Positions 16,912 to 26,849 of a stretch of 32,000 bases of DNA are shown here, in pieces. The DNA is from Cylindrospermopsis raciborskii Cr2010 (lineage in GTDB: Bacteria > Cyanobacteriota > Cyanobacteriia > Cyanobacteriales > Nostocaceae): the NCBI RefSeq assembly GCF_003367075.2, contig NZ_CP065936.1, forward strand, positions 840,001-872,000. The letters are read 5' to 3'. The notes below the pieces were generated by a model. The model had not been told where the DNA came from, did not search any database, and was given only the letters and a program-made list of their open reading frames with translations. Position numbers and translations under genes: made by a program. The first letter of the stretch is position 1. The number at the start of each line of letters is the position of its first letter.

Positions 16912-19143
16912 ATGGCAACAAAATTTCCCAAATTTAGCCAGGATCTCGCACAGGACCCGACTACCCGTCGGATTTGGTATGCGATCGCCACAGGCAACGA
17001 TTTTGAGAGCCATGACGGCATGACGGAAGAAAATCTTTACCAAAAGATTTTCGCTACCCATTTCGGTCACCTGGCAATCATCTTTCTGTGGGCATCCAGC
17101 CTCCTGTTCCACGTAGCCTGGCAAGGTAACTTTGAACAGTGGATCAAAGATCCCCTTAACGTCCGTCCCATCGCCCATGCGATTTGGGATCCTCATTTCG
17201 GCGCACCAGCAGTTGACGCTTTTACCCAAGCTGGCGCAAGCAATCCTGTCAACATTGCTTACTCAGGTGTTTATCACTGGTGGTACACCATTGGGATGCG
17301 GACAAACCAAGAACTATATACCGGTTCCCTAGGCTTGTTGCTCTTGGCCGCATTGTTCCTATTTACTGGTTGGTTGCACTTGCAACCCAAGTTCCGTCCT
17401 AGTCTCTCTTGGTTCAAGAGTGCTGAACCCCGTTTAAATCACCACCTAGCTGGTTTATTTGGTGTTAGCTCCCTAGCATGGACTGGTCACTTGGTTCACG
17501 TTGCCATTCCTGAGTCTCGCGGTATTCACGTGGGCTGGGATAACTTCTTGAGTGTGGCTCCCCACCCCGCAGGTTTGACCCCCTTCTTCACCGGTAACTG
17601 GGGTGTATATGCTCAGAACCCCGATACCGCAGGTCAGATCTTTGGCACCTCCACCGGCGCAGGAACAGCAATTTTGACCTTCTTAGGTGGTTTCCATCCT
17701 CAAACAGAATCTCTGTGGTTGACTGATATAGCTCATCACCATCTGGCGATCGCAGTTCTGTTTATTATTGCTGGTCACATGTACCGCACCAACTTTGGAA
17801 TTGGTCACAGCATCAAAGAAATGCTGAATTCCAAATCAGGTTTAGTCCCCGGTAGCAAGAGTGAAGGTCAGTTCAACTTACCTCACCAAGGTTTGTACGA
17901 CACCATCAACAACTCCTTACACTTCCAACTGTCTTTGGCCTTGGCAGCGTTAGGAACCGTCACTTCCTTGGTGGCGCAACACATGTACTCTCTGCCTTCC
18001 TACGCGTTCATCGCTAAGGACTACACCACCCAGGCAGCATTGTATACCCACCACCAGTACATAGCTGGTTTCTTGATGGTTGGTGCTTTTGCCCACGCTG
18101 CCATCTTCTGGGTTCGGGACTACGATCCAGAACAAAACAAAGGCAACGTACTAGACCGGATTCTTCAGCACAAAGAAGCGATTATCTCCCACCTCAGCTG
18201 GGTGTCCCTGTTCCTCGGTTTCCACACCTTGGGTCTGTACGTTCATAACGATGTAGTGGTTGCTTTCGGTACTCCTGAAAAGCAAATCCTCATCGAGCCA
18301 GTGTTTGCCCAATTTATTCAAGCTGCTCAAGGTAAAGCTTTATACGGGCTTAACGTATTGTTGTCTAACCCTGACAGTATTGCCTACACAGCTTACCCCA
18401 ACGCTGGTAATGTTTGGTTACCTGGTTGGTTAGATGCCATTAACTCTGGTACTAACTCCCTGTTCTTAACCATTGGACCTGGCGACTTCTTGGTTCACCA
18501 TGCCTTTGCTTTAGCTATTCACACCACCACCTTAGTACTGGTTAAAGGTGCTTTAGATGCTCGTGGTTCCAAGCTAATGCCTGACAAAAAGGATTTTGGT
18601 TACGCCTTCCCTTGCGACGGTCCTGGTCGGGGCGGTACTTGCGATATTTCAGCTTGGGACGCTTTCTACCTAGCAATGTTCTGGATGTTAAACACCATTG
18701 GTTGGGTAACCTTCTATTGGCACTGGAAACACCTGGGTATTTGGCAGGGTAACGTTGCCCAATTCAACGAAAACTCAACCTATTTAATGGGATGGTTCCG
18801 CGATTACCTCTGGGCCAACTCTGCTCAGTTGATCAACGGCTACAATGCCTATGGTATGAATAACCTATCTGTTTGGGCTTGGATGTTCTTATTTGGACAC
18901 CTAGTCTGGGCAACTGGTTTCATGTTCTTGATCTCCTGGAGAGGATATTGGCAAGAATTAATCGAAACCTTGGTTTGGGCTCACGAGCGCACTCCTTTAG
19001 CTAACCTAGTTCGCTGGAAGGATAAACCCGTTGCTCTCTCCATCGTTCAAGCTCGTGTGGTTGGTTTAGCTCACTTCACCGTTGGCTACATCCTTACCTA
19101 TGCAGCATTCCTAATTGCTTCTACCGCTGGCAAATTTGGTTGA
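16912..19143 (+). CDS. psaB: Photosystem I P700 chlorophyll a apoprotein A2
   Basis: 743 aa starting [47 protein letters not shown]. The FX motif is [15 protein letters not shown]. Confidence 0.99.
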   Translation: MATKFPKFSQDLAQDPTTRRIWYAIATGNDFESHDGMTEENLYQKIFATHFGHLAIIFLWASSLLFHVAWQGNFEQWIKDPLNVRPIAHAIWDPHFGAPAVDAFTQAGASNPVNIAYSGVYHWWYTIGMRTNQELYTGSLGLLLLAALFLFTGWLHLQPKFRPSLSWFKSAEPRLNHHLAGLFGVSSLAWTGHLVHVAIPESRGIHVGWDNFLSVAPHPAGLTPFFTGNWGVYAQNPDTAGQIFGTSTGAGTAILTFLGGFHPQTESLWLTDIAHHHLAIAVLFIIAGHMYRTNFGIGHSIKEMLNSKSGLVPGSKSEGQFNLPHQGLYDTINNSLHFQLSLALAALGTVTSLVAQHMYSLPSYAFIAKDYTTQAALYTHHQYIAGFLMVGAFAHAAIFWVRDYDPEQNKGNVLDRILQHKEAIISHLSWVSLFLGFHTLGLYVHNDVVVAFGTPEKQILIEPVFAQFIQAAQGKALYGLNVLLSNPDSIAYTAYPNAGNVWLPGWLDAINSGTNSLFLTIGPGDFLVHHAFALAIHTTTLVLVKGALDARGSKLMPDKKDFGYAFPCDGPGRGGTCDISAWDAFYLAMFWMLNTIGWVTFYWHWKHLGIWQGNVAQFNENSTYLMGWFRDYLWANSAQLINGYNAYGMNNLSVWAWMFLFGHLVWATGFMFLISWRGYWQELIETLVWAHERTPLANLVRWKDKPVALSIVQARVVGLAHFTVGYILTYAAFLIASTAGKFG

Positions 19144-19165
19144 TGCTCACGTAGTAGTTAATAGC

Positions 19166-19186
19166 CCCACCCTCCCCCAGGGTGGG
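19166..19186 (+). terminator. GC-rich stem-loop downstream of psaB (candidate terminator or 3'-end stabiliser)
   Basis: CCCACCCT-CCCCC-AGGGTGGG, a perfect 8-bp stem starting 23 nt after the psaB stop. No U-tract follows. Confidence 0.45.
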
Positions 19187-19235
19187 ACTAAAGCTTTAAT
19201 TAGAGCTTTCAAAAGATTTATCTATAGTGGTAATT

Positions 19236-20261
19236 ATGCTTTATCCTGTAATCTGGAAAAATGACTCAGTTATACTAATTGATCAAACTCGTCTACCCAA
19301 TGAATACGCTGTGATTGAGGTTCATCGTAGTCAGGATATGGCTGAGGCAATTAGAACCATGATTGTTAGAGGCGCACCTGCTATTGGTGTGGCTGCTGCT
19401 TATGGTATGTATTTGGGCGCCAGGGAAATAAAAACAAATAATCGCCAGGAGTTTTTACATGAATTAGAAGGTGTGGCCCAGTTATTACGCTCTACTCGCC
19501 CCACTGCGGTCAATCTATTTTGGGCTATTGGCAGAATGATGCAAATTGCCTATGAAACCCTAGGAACTATAGAAGAAATTAAACAAAATCTGCTACAAAC
19601 TGCTGAAAAAATTCGTACTGAAGATCTAGAAACTTGTCAACTTATAGGTGATAACGGGTTGAAAGTTTTACCGAAAACACCAGAAAAATTAATTATTCTG
19701 ACTCATTGTAATGCAGGTGCTTTAGCAACCGCTGGTTATGGTACAGCATTGGGGGTGGTGCGTTCAGCTTGGAAAGAGGGGAGACTAACTAGGGTTTTTG
19801 CCGATGAAACTCGTCCTCGTTTACAAGGTGCAAAGCTCACCGCATGGGAATGTGTACAAGAAGGTATTCCCGTCACTGTCATTGCTGATAATATGGCAGC
19901 ACACTGTATGAAGCAAGGTTTAATTGATGCCGTAGTTGTTGGTGCAGATAGAATAGCAGCCAATGGAGACACAGCGAATAAAATAGGTACTTATAATCTA
20001 GCCATTGTTGCTAAATCCCATAATGTTCCATTTTTTGTAGCTGCACCTGTTTCCACCATTGATTTCAGTCTAGATAGTGGGGATAAAATTCCCATAGAAG
20101 AGCGTCACCCATCCGAAATTTACCAGGTTGGTGATAGTATGCTCACACCTTCAGGCGTGGAATTTTATAATCCCGCTTTTGATGTCACCCCAGCTGAATT
20201 AATAACAGCTATCATTACTGAAAATGGTGCTTTTGCTCCCAATGAATTGCCCACTCCATGA
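19236..20261 (+). CDS. mtnA: S-methyl-5-thioribose-1-phosphate isomerase
   Basis: eIF-2B alpha/beta/delta-like family, with [39 protein letters not shown] and [18 protein letters not shown]. The ORF track starts at GTG 19227. The ATG at 19236 ([10 protein letters not shown]...) seems more likely. Confidence 0.92.
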   Translation: MLYPVIWKNDSVILIDQTRLPNEYAVIEVHRSQDMAEAIRTMIVRGAPAIGVAAAYGMYLGAREIKTNNRQEFLHELEGVAQLLRSTRPTAVNLFWAIGRMMQIAYETLGTIEEIKQNLLQTAEKIRTEDLETCQLIGDNGLKVLPKTPEKLIILTHCNAGALATAGYGTALGVVRSAWKEGRLTRVFADETRPRLQGAKLTAWECVQEGIPVTVIADNMAAHCMKQGLIDAVVVGADRIAANGDTANKIGTYNLAIVAKSHNVPFFVAAPVSTIDFSLDSGDKIPIEERHPSEIYQVGDSMLTPSGVEFYNPAFDVTPAELITAIITENGAFAPNELPTP

Positions 20262-20315
20262 TTACCAGTCATAATAGTCATAACATAATATTCATAACCA
20301 GTCTCACATTATAAC

Positions 20316-21185
20316 ATGGGCAATATTTGGGAACTCGATTTTTACTCTCGTCCTATTCTGGACGCAAATCAAAAAAAAGTTTGGGAAGTCTTGATCTGTG
20401 AAAGTCCTACAGATGTTCTTACTAAAGTGGATTCCCTATTTCGCTACGCGCAATATTGCCCCAGTACCCAAGTCAATTCAGTCTGGTTACGCCAAGCATT
20501 ACAAGAAGCTATTGAAAAAGCAGGTGTAGCACCCATAAAAATTCGTTTTTTCCGCCGACAGATGAATAATATGATTACTAAAGCTTGTCAAGATATGGGG
20601 ATACCTGCCTTACCTAGTCGCAAAACTTTAGTTCTCAACCAATGGATACAACAAAGAATGGAGGAAGTTTATCCTCAAGAACCCGGATATGAACAGGTAA
20701 CTAACTCTTCCGTACGATTGGAAAGACCCTTACCTCAAAGGTTACCGGATGCGCTAGAAGGTAAACAATGGACATTTGTTAGTCTAGGAGCCAGTGATAT
20801 TACTGATATGCCAGAATGGGAAATTGCTTTTGGCGAGGCTTTTCCCTTAGAATTAGCTGGTTTATCCCCAGAAATCCCCATTCCGGGAATTTTGATTTTT
20901 TCTCCCAGAGCTTTACCCATTGCTGGATGGATGTCCGGTTTAGAGTTGGCATATTTACGATTGGATAGTAATCGTAATAATCAAGGGGATAGATTAGTTT
21001 TAGAGACAGGTGGTACGGAAAGTTGGATTTTAGCAAATTTGAGAACTCCCCAATTATTAGCAGAGGCTAAGGGGTTTGAAGAGGCTAAACAAAAAGCCGA
21101 CGGTGTGCATTTTATTGGAGTACAGTCTGATCCTCAGTCCCAGTCTTTTGCTGGTTTTTGGTTATTAAAAGAAATCAATCTTTGA
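20316..21185 (+). CDS. Tab2/ATAB2-family (DUF1092) RNA-binding protein homolog
   Basis: 289 aa. The N-terminus WELDFYSRPILDANQKKVWEVLICES and FFRRQMNNMITKACQDMGIPALPSR match my recollection of the conserved Tab2/DUF1092 signature. Confidence 0.75.
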   Translation: MGNIWELDFYSRPILDANQKKVWEVLICESPTDVLTKVDSLFRYAQYCPSTQVNSVWLRQALQEAIEKAGVAPIKIRFFRRQMNNMITKACQDMGIPALPSRKTLVLNQWIQQRMEEVYPQEPGYEQVTNSSVRLERPLPQRLPDALEGKQWTFVSLGASDITDMPEWEIAFGEAFPLELAGLSPEIPIPGILIFSPRALPIAGWMSGLELAYLRLDSNRNNQGDRLVLETGGTESWILANLRTPQLLAEAKGFEEAKQKADGVHFIGVQSDPQSQSFAGFWLLKEINL

Positions 21186-21315
21186 GCGAAACTTGTTGGC
21201 AATGTTTGCTGCAATGACACCAAACCTCTGTACAAAACCAGTTTTAATGAATCCCTATCTACTTAGATCGGGGAGAATTTAGATATCTCGCGTAGTGAAT
21301 ACTTCGCAATCGCAT

Positions 21316-22653
21316 TTATATCCAGGGTGTTGGGTCTTGTTCATCTACCCAACCTAAAAGATCAGATTCCAAACTAGATGTTTGGAGAAATCCGATGGGA
21401 AATTGAGAACCAATATCCGTGGGAAATTGAGAGGGAAATTGAGAACCAATATCTGTGGGGAATTGGTTCCCAAGATCAAAGGGAAATAAATTTATAGGAA
21501 AGGGGAAAGGTGAGGGTGGAAGAGGTTGATTGGGTTGTGGAGGTTTAGTGCTATTTTCCGCTGTGCTAACAATAATTTCTCGCACTTGACTTTCTGTTAA
21601 ATTGGGGTTGGCACTTAACATTAATGCGATCGCTCCAGCAACATGGGGAGTAGCCATAGAAGTACCAGTATAATTGGCATATTTATTGTTAGGAACTGTG
21701 GAGTAAATATCCTCACCGGGAGCGGTGACATATTTAATTTCTTGAGAACCAGAACGGTTGGAAAAATTAGTGGTTTTATTATTTATATCTACTGCGCCCA
21801 CTGCAAGTCCTGAATTATACGCATAACGAGCAGGATAAGATGGTATAGAATTGCCCTCATTCCCAGCAGCCATAACTACGATTACATTCTTACTAGCAGC
21901 ATATTCAAGGGCTGATTTTAAACCATCACTACCAGAACCTCCTCCTAAACTCATATTAATAATGCGAGCACCATTATCAGTAGCATAACGGATACCTTGG
22001 ATGATACTGGTATAAGATCCCGAACCTTTTTCATCTAAAACCTTCACGGGCATAATTCGAGAATTATAGGCAATACCAGTTACACCAATAGCATTATTTT
22101 CACCTGCAATAGTCCCAGAAACATGAGTTCCATGACCATTATCGTCGAGAACATTATTGTTATTACTTTGAAAATTCCACCCTCTAATATCATCAATATA
22201 ACCATTGCCATCATCATCTATACCATTTCCTGCAATTTCCTTGGGATTGAACCAAATATTATCATTTAAATCTTGGTGGTTATAGTCTACTCCAGTGTCT
22301 AAAACAGCAACAATAATTCCCTGACCTGTATAACCATTTTGCCAAGCTGTAGGAGCATTAATCATATCCGCACCCCAATTGTTTCCTCCTATTTGAGGTG
22401 CTTTAGGATAGGGACTTTGACCTACTGCCATACTTACTGCATTCCCCGCATTTATTAATCCATATCCATTATTAGTATTATAGTTGTTTGTGGTAACACT
22501 TTGTTGACTTTCTTCCTCTAATACTAGATAGCTATGGCCTGCTGAAATTACAGAGTTTTCTAAAGGAGTTTGTAATTGTGGAATTACCAACTTTTCATCT
22601 TGTATATTAAGTTGACTGTCACTAAAACTGGTTGCCGTAACATCTAATCTCAT
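21316..22653 (-). CDS. Subtilisin-like serine peptidase (S8 family)
   Basis: 445 aa. The catalytic triad motifs are VLDTGVD, HGTHVSGT and GTSMATPHVAG. There is a DDDGNGYIDD Ca-binding-like insert. The C-terminal tail is low-complexity Pro/Phe-rich. Confidence 0.9.
   Translation of the reverse strand: MRLDVTATSFSDSQLNIQDEKLVIPQLQTPLENSVISAGHSYLVLEEESQQSVTTNNYNTNNGYGLINAGNAVSMAVGQSPYPKAPQIGGNNWGADMINAPTAWQNGYTGQGIIVAVLDTGVDYNHQDLNDNIWFNPKEIAGNGIDDDGNGYIDDIRGWNFQSNNNNVLDDNGHGTHVSGTIAGENNAIGVTGIAYNSRIMPVKVLDEKGSGSYTSIIQGIRYATDNGARIINMSLGGGSGSDGLKSALEYAASKNVIVVMAAGNEGNSIPSYPARYAYNSGLAVGAVDINNKTTNFSNRSGSQEIKYVTAPGEDIYSTVPNNKYANYTGTSMATPHVAGAIALMLSANPNLTESQVREIIVSTAENSTKPPQPNQPLPPSPFPFPINLFPFDLGNQFPTDIGSQFPSQFPTDIGSQFPIGFLQTSSLESDLLGWVDEQDPTPWI
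21397..21477. repeat. Short imperfect tandem repeats encoding the S8 peptidase C-terminal tail
   Basis: GGGAAATTGAGAACCAATATC(C/T)GTGG occurs twice with a partial unit between. It encodes FPTDIGSQFPSQFPTDIGSQFP. Confidence 0.8.
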
Positions 22654-22945
22654 GGATTTTTTATCCTCAATAATTGGACCTTGCTAAATAAAATCAAAAG
22701 CCAGATAAATCAAAGTTTTGAAATTTATAAAAAGCAACTAAGTGCCAATTTTTAAAAAGTGGGTGTGATAAAAATTCCATGCTTTAACTAAGGTAAAACA
22801 ACAAGATTTGAAGACAAAATATTGTCCTCTTATTGAAAAATTTAAATTATTAATCTTGGTTAAAGACTACCAAAGTTTTATGAAGACAAAAAGCCAGATA
22901 GGCTACTAATCAAGAAATTGTTAAGTTAATATGACACTGGCAATA

Positions 22946-22974
22946 TTGTATTGATTATTGCTTTATGATATATT
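22946..22974 (+). promoter_or_regulatory. Candidate sigma70-type promoter for the 23004 gene
   Basis: TTGTAT-N17-TATATT, with the -10 hexamer ending 29 nt before the ATG. The background is very AT-rich, so a chance match is plausible. Confidence 0.3.
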
Positions 22975-23003
22975 TTTATTATTCTTAATATGTATATGAT
23001 TAC

Positions 23004-23690
23004 ATGAGCCAAGTAATTTGGATCGCTAGACATGCTAACAGACTTGACTTTGTCAACCCTGACTGGTTTCTGACAGCAGAAAGGCGTTATGATCCCCCTT
23101 TATCAGATGATGGTATAATTCAGGCACAGCAACTAGCAAAACGGTTAAAAGGCGAAAGAATAAAGCATATTTTTGCCTCTCCTTTTTTGCGGACCGTACA
23201 GACAGCCAATGCAGTAGCGGAAATCTTGGATTTAGATATCAAATTAGAGACAGGACTCAGCGAGTGGTTAAATCCAGAGTGGATGACAGAAGAACCAGAA
23301 AAACTGTCAACCTTGGAACTGGTCAAATTATTTCCTAGAATAGATAGGAGCTATACACCTCGGATTGCTGCAAAATACCCTGAAACCCATGAACAGGTGA
23401 GATATCGTTCAGGACAGACTGCCAGATGTTTAGCAGCGGAATTTTGGCCTCACGATATCTTATTAGTCGCACATGGAGCTTCTGTGTTAGGTGCTGCTAT
23501 GGGATTTGTAGGAGATCTAGCCAAAACTGAAGTAAAGGCCAAATTATGCTCCCTGGTTAAATTAGTGCATCAGGAATCACAATGGTTTTTGGAACTCAAG
23601 GGAGATACTTCCCATTTGGAAGAAATACCAGGACTGCAACCAGAATACTCCAGCTTATGGCAACTACCACCGACAAAACCAGTTGCTTGA
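23004..23690 (+). CDS. Histidine phosphatase (phosphoglycerate-mutase-like) family protein
   Basis: 228 aa. Contains IARHANRLDF (an RH motif with A-N instead of the common G-E/Q), ASPFLRTVQTA and LVAHGASV. Confidence 0.8.
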   Translation: MSQVIWIARHANRLDFVNPDWFLTAERRYDPPLSDDGIIQAQQLAKRLKGERIKHIFASPFLRTVQTANAVAEILDLDIKLETGLSEWLNPEWMTEEPEKLSTLELVKLFPRIDRSYTPRIAAKYPETHEQVRYRSGQTARCLAAEFWPHDILLVAHGASVLGAAMGFVGDLAKTEVKAKLCSLVKLVHQESQWFLELKGDTSHLEEIPGLQPEYSSLWQLPPTKPVA

Positions 23691-23790
23691 AAACCTACTT
23701 TGGCTTTCACACAGGGAATTCATTCCCTCCCCAACGGACAGTCTCCAGGTAGGGGTTAATTTAAACAATTATGGTTAATCCGCATCTATC
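23687..23790. repeat. ~100-bp direct repeat, copy 1 (starts within the stop codon of gene 23004-23690)
   Basis: TTGAAAACCTACTTTGG...CAGGGAATTCATTCCCT...GACAGTCTCCAGG...GGTTAATTTAAACAATTATGGTTAATCC. By eye it is roughly 80% identical to 24320-24417, with two small indels. Confidence 0.8.
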
Positions 23791-24039
23791 ATTATCTATT
23801 AGGGAAGCGATCGCTCCTCTGTTTAGTCTAAACTAGAATAACAGGTTGATGTGTGAAGGGAAACTTTCATGCACGGTTTTGAAGACCAACGAAGTTGGTG
23901 ACAACCTCGTTAAGTTTAATGGCCCAACCTACAGTGGCCTGCGGTAAGACCAAGAGGATTGACTTTGTATATCCCTGTCATTTATGCTTGACAAGCCTAA
24001 AAGATTTACAAACTTTGTTAATTATTTTCTATAAACCCC

Positions 24040-24068
24040 TTGCATATTTATTTAACTAGTGTTATATT
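24040..24068 (+). promoter_or_regulatory. Candidate sigma70-type promoter for the small ORF at 24143
   Basis: TTGCAT (24040-24045), a 17-nt spacer, then TATATT (24063-68). A 7-bp-stem hairpin GGTGATC...GATCACC (24078-24114) follows in the putative leader. Confidence 0.45.
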
Positions 24069-24142
24069 TAAAAATAAGGTGATCGGGCCGTTCCGCTAAG
24101 AATTCCAGATCACCTTACACCTCGTTCAGAGGTAATCAAATT

Positions 24143-24283
24143 ATGGCACGGACTGCAAATTTTATCAGCAATGTTAATGACGCTATAATAGCTGAAACAG
24201 CAGAACAGGAAAAGCAACGAGCAGAACAGGAAAAACTACGAGCGGACAAATTGGCAGCCCTGGGTGTCAATTTGGATGAATGA
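24143..24283 (+). CDS. Unannotated small ORF (46 aa), Glu/Gln/Arg-rich helical peptide
   Basis: Below the ORF-track cutoff. ATG at 24143 is preceded by GAGGT (24129-24133) and the stop TGA is at 24281. The peptide is MARTANFISNVNDAIIAETAEQEKQRAEQEKLRADKLAALGVNLDE. It sits between the two ~100-bp direct repeats and downstream of the candidate promoter. Confidence 0.4.
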   Translation: MARTANFISNVNDAIIAETAEQEKQRAEQEKLRADKLAALGVNLDE

Positions 24284-24319
24284 AACCACAGTAAAATCAC
24301 CCACCACAAGACCAGTCTG

Positions 24320-24417
24320 TTGAAAACCCACTTTGGACAGGGAATTCATTCCCTGTCTCCCCCACAGACAGTCTCCAGGCGTTGGTTAATTCAAACAATC
24401 CCGGTTAATTCCGTGTG
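24320..24417. repeat. ~100-bp direct repeat, copy 2
   Basis: TTGAAAACCCACTTTGGACAGGGAATTCATTCCCTGT...GACAGTCTCCAGG...GGTTAATTCAAACAATCCCGGTTAATTCC. It contains an 8-bp-stem hairpin ACAGGGAA-TTCA-TTCCCTGT and two GGTTAAT motifs 20 bp apart, as in copy 1. Confidence 0.8.
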
Positions 24418-24465
24418 CTTCCCAATCGCCCTTTTCATTGATCGATCGCATGGAGTAAATCGTTT

Positions 24466-24490
24466 GTTGGGTTTCGTCCTTCAACCCAAC
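24466..24490. repeat. GTTGGGTT-N9-AACCCAAC hairpin, related to the ends of the 65-bp element at 11483-11547
   Basis: It has the same 8-bp stem and the same 9-nt loop length as 11487-11511. The right side, TCAACCCAACC, resembles the right terminus of the 65-bp element. Confidence 0.55.
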
Positions 24491-24599
24491 CTTGTATATT
24501 GAGAGAAGTGGTAGAATGGGGGTGGAGTGGATCCATTTTGGAATCAAATCTCACCTAGAGCAAACCTTAGCTGTTTAACAGCGATAACTACCAAACCAG

Positions 24600-25433
24600 A
24601 TGATGAACATTCTCAGCGACCTACTTACCTTACCAGTGCAGTCTAAACCTTTCATATCACAGCAACGTCGGGGAATAGAAATCAAATCTCCTCGTGAGGT
24701 TGATATCATGCGACAATCAGCTAGGATTGTTGCTACTGTTCTCAAGGAAATTTCTGAATTGGTTGAACCGGGGATGACTACTGCGGATCTGGATGCACAC
24801 GCAGAAAAACGTATTCGAGAAATGGGCGCAACTCCCAGTTTTAAGGGATATCATGGATTTCCAGCTTCTATATGTTCTAGTATCAACCACGAGGTGGTAC
24901 ATGGTATTCCCAGTCAGAAAAAAGTGATTCGCTCAGGAGATGTGCTAAAGGTTGATACGGGAGCATACTATCAAGGTTTCCATGGTGACTCTTGTATCAC
25001 CATTGCTGTGGGCACTGTAAGTCCGGATGCAGCAAAATTAATTGAAGTGGCTGAAAAAGCTTTATATGCAGGTATAGAACAAGTGAAAGCTGATGCCCAT
25101 TTAGCTGATATTGCTGGTGGGATTGAAGACTATGTTAAAACAACTGGATTTAATGTGGTAGAGCAGTTCACAGGTCATGGGGTGGGTAGAAACCTTCATG
25201 AAGAACCTGCAGTTTTTAATTATAGAACTCGTGAAATTCCTAATGTTAAATTACGTGCTGGTATGACTTTGGCTATTGAACCTATAATTAATGCTGGATC
25301 AAAAACTACTAAAATATTAAGTGATAGATGGACTGCTGTTACTGTTGATAATGCTCTATCTGCCCAATTTGAACATACTGTGTTGGTTACGGAAACGGGT
25401 TATGAAATTTTAACTGATAGATCATCACTTTAA
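24600..25433 (+). CDS. map: Type I methionine aminopeptidase
   Basis: 277 aa. The metal-ligand context is [32 protein letters not shown] and QFEHTVLVT. Confidence 0.95.
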   Translation: MMNILSDLLTLPVQSKPFISQQRRGIEIKSPREVDIMRQSARIVATVLKEISELVEPGMTTADLDAHAEKRIREMGATPSFKGYHGFPASICSSINHEVVHGIPSQKKVIRSGDVLKVDTGAYYQGFHGDSCITIAVGTVSPDAAKLIEVAEKALYAGIEQVKADAHLADIAGGIEDYVKTTGFNVVEQFTGHGVGRNLHEEPAVFNYRTREIPNVKLRAGMTLAIEPIINAGSKTTKILSDRWTAVTVDNALSAQFEHTVLVTETGYEILTDRSSL

Positions 25434-25454
25434 ACCAAACCCCCCACATAACTG

Positions 25455-26849
25455 ATGACTGATTTAGCATTTACCCCCGCTTTGGAATTGGCTAGGTTAA
25501 TTCGTAAGCGGGAGATATCTCCCCTAGAACTCACAGAGTTATATTTAGATAGAATTTCTCGTTTCAACCCTCAATTGGGTAGTTACTTCACGGTTATGGC
25601 GGAATCAGCCATAGCTGATAGTCGTTATAAAACAGAAATACTAGCTAATACCAGGGAAACTGCATTACCACCCTTTTTTGGCGTTCCCATTTCAATCAAA
25701 GATTTGAATGCGGTGGCGGGTGTTACCTGTACCTATGGCAATCCAACCTTGGTTAATAACATCCCCAATTATGATGATGGTGTGGTTACCAAAATCAAAC
25801 AAGCGGGTTTTGTCATTCTGGGAAAAACAGCTACCTCGGAACTAGGGTCTTATCCCTATACTGAACCTCCAGGTTTTCCCCCAGCTAGAAATCCCTGGAA
25901 TCTAGAATATACTCCTGGTGGTTCTAGTGGTGGTGCTGCATCCGCTGTTGCAGCTGGATTATGTGCGATCGCCCAAGGTTCTGATGGGGGTGGTTCTATT
26001 AGGGTACCTGCGGCTTGTTGCGGCCTGGTAGGGATTAAACCTGCTAGGGGAAGGGTAACTAATGCTCCTGGTACTAGTATCATAGCTACTAGTGGTCCCC
26101 TGGCCAGAACGGTAGCTGATGCAGCTGCTATGCTAGATGCAATTTCTGGATATTTCCCGGGGGATCCCTTTTGGTTAAATGATCCAGAACCTTGTTTCTT
26201 GGAGTCGAGAACAAAGGTGGGACTGAACATAGCCTTTAGTACAAGTATTCCCTCCGTAGGGGAAGCAGATGGGAACGGTCAACAGGGGGTATTAAAAGCG
26301 GTCAGATTATTGGAGGAGTTGGGACATAATGTAGTAGAGAAGTGTCCGGATATAAGTGGGTTAGTCCAACCATTTCAAGTTGTATGGCAAGCTGGAGTAG
26401 CTGCTGCTAGAATACCCCCACAGATCTTACAACCTCTCAATCAGTTTTTATTAGAGAGAACAGGTTCAGCAGGTGAGTATCTACGAGCGGTAACACAGAT
26501 GCAAATCCTATCTCGGCAAATTGTGTCTTTCTTTGATCCCATAGATATATTAGTATTACCTGTGTACCTCCACTCACCCATAAAAATTGGTGAGTGGAGT
26601 CAGTTGAACCCTGATGACACCCTAGAAAGAATCATTAAATGGATTGCACCCTGTCCCATAGCAAACGCGACGGGGCTGCCTGCTATATCCATACCTATGG
26701 GATTTGATGCTAATGGTTTACCCTTGAGTGTGCAATTAATTGGCAAGCCCGCTGCTGAATCTACCTTGATTAGCATCGCATCACAATTAGAAATGGTTAA
26801 TCCTTGGGTGCAATACTGCGAGTTGCCAAAGAGTAGCAAAAATTATTAA
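25455..26849 (+). CDS. Amidase-signature family amidase
   Basis: 464 aa. Contains PISIKD (Lys), GGSSGGAASAVAAG, and GSDGGGSIRVPA (the Ser-cisSer-Lys triad context). Confidence 0.9.
   Translation: MTDLAFTPALELARLIRKREISPLELTELYLDRISRFNPQLGSYFTVMAESAIADSRYKTEILANTRETALPPFFGVPISIKDLNAVAGVTCTYGNPTLVNNIPNYDDGVVTKIKQAGFVILGKTATSELGSYPYTEPPGFPPARNPWNLEYTPGGSSGGAASAVAAGLCAIAQGSDGGGSIRVPAACCGLVGIKPARGRVTNAPGTSIIATSGPLARTVADAAAMLDAISGYFPGDPFWLNDPEPCFLESRTKVGLNIAFSTSIPSVGEADGNGQQGVLKAVRLLEELGHNVVEKCPDISGLVQPFQVVWQAGVAAARIPPQILQPLNQFLLERTGSAGEYLRAVTQMQILSRQIVSFFDPIDILVLPVYLHSPIKIGEWSQLNPDDTLERIIKWIAPCPIANATGLPAISIPMGFDANGLPLSVQLIGKPAAESTLISIASQLEMVNPWVQYCELPKSSKNY

Noticed and set aside
14986-18135. Multiple 60-115-aa ORFs on both strands inside psaA and psaB, and similar ones inside ctaD, ctaC, the amidase, gatB and others
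   Set aside because: All are embedded in highly confident, well-conserved genes in other frames. These are typical shadow ORFs.
20262-20315. Iterated TCATAA motifs (x4) just upstream of the Tab2-homolog start, considered as an operator
   Set aside because: The motif is short and AT-rich in a 54-bp spacer, with irregular spacing and no symmetry. It cannot be distinguished from chance.
23849-23990. Possible ncRNA, tRNA-like element or 32-aa ORF (MCEGKLSCTVLKTNEVGDNLVKFNGPTYSGLR) in the island between the direct repeats
   Set aside because: There is no T-loop or anticodon-arm architecture, no convincing promoter or terminator, and no RBS for the ORF. The local hairpins (CCAAC-GAA-GTTGG, GGCC...GGCC) are short. 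I cannot support a call without expression or covariation data.
24078-24142. Possible glutamine (glnA / downstream-peptide type) riboswitch in the leader of the 46-aa ORF, suggested by CGTTCA and a short downstream ORF
   Set aside because: The conserved GGACGGAAGUAGG-type core I associate with these riboswitches is absent. Only a generic hairpin is present.
24320-24502. 60-aa ORF starting at TTG (MKTHFGQGIHSLSPPQTV...GFVLQPNLVY)
   Set aside because: It is translated entirely from direct-repeat copy 2 and the GTTGGGTT/AACCCAAC hairpin. Copy 1 of the repeat has frame-breaking indels, so the repeat is not protein-coding.
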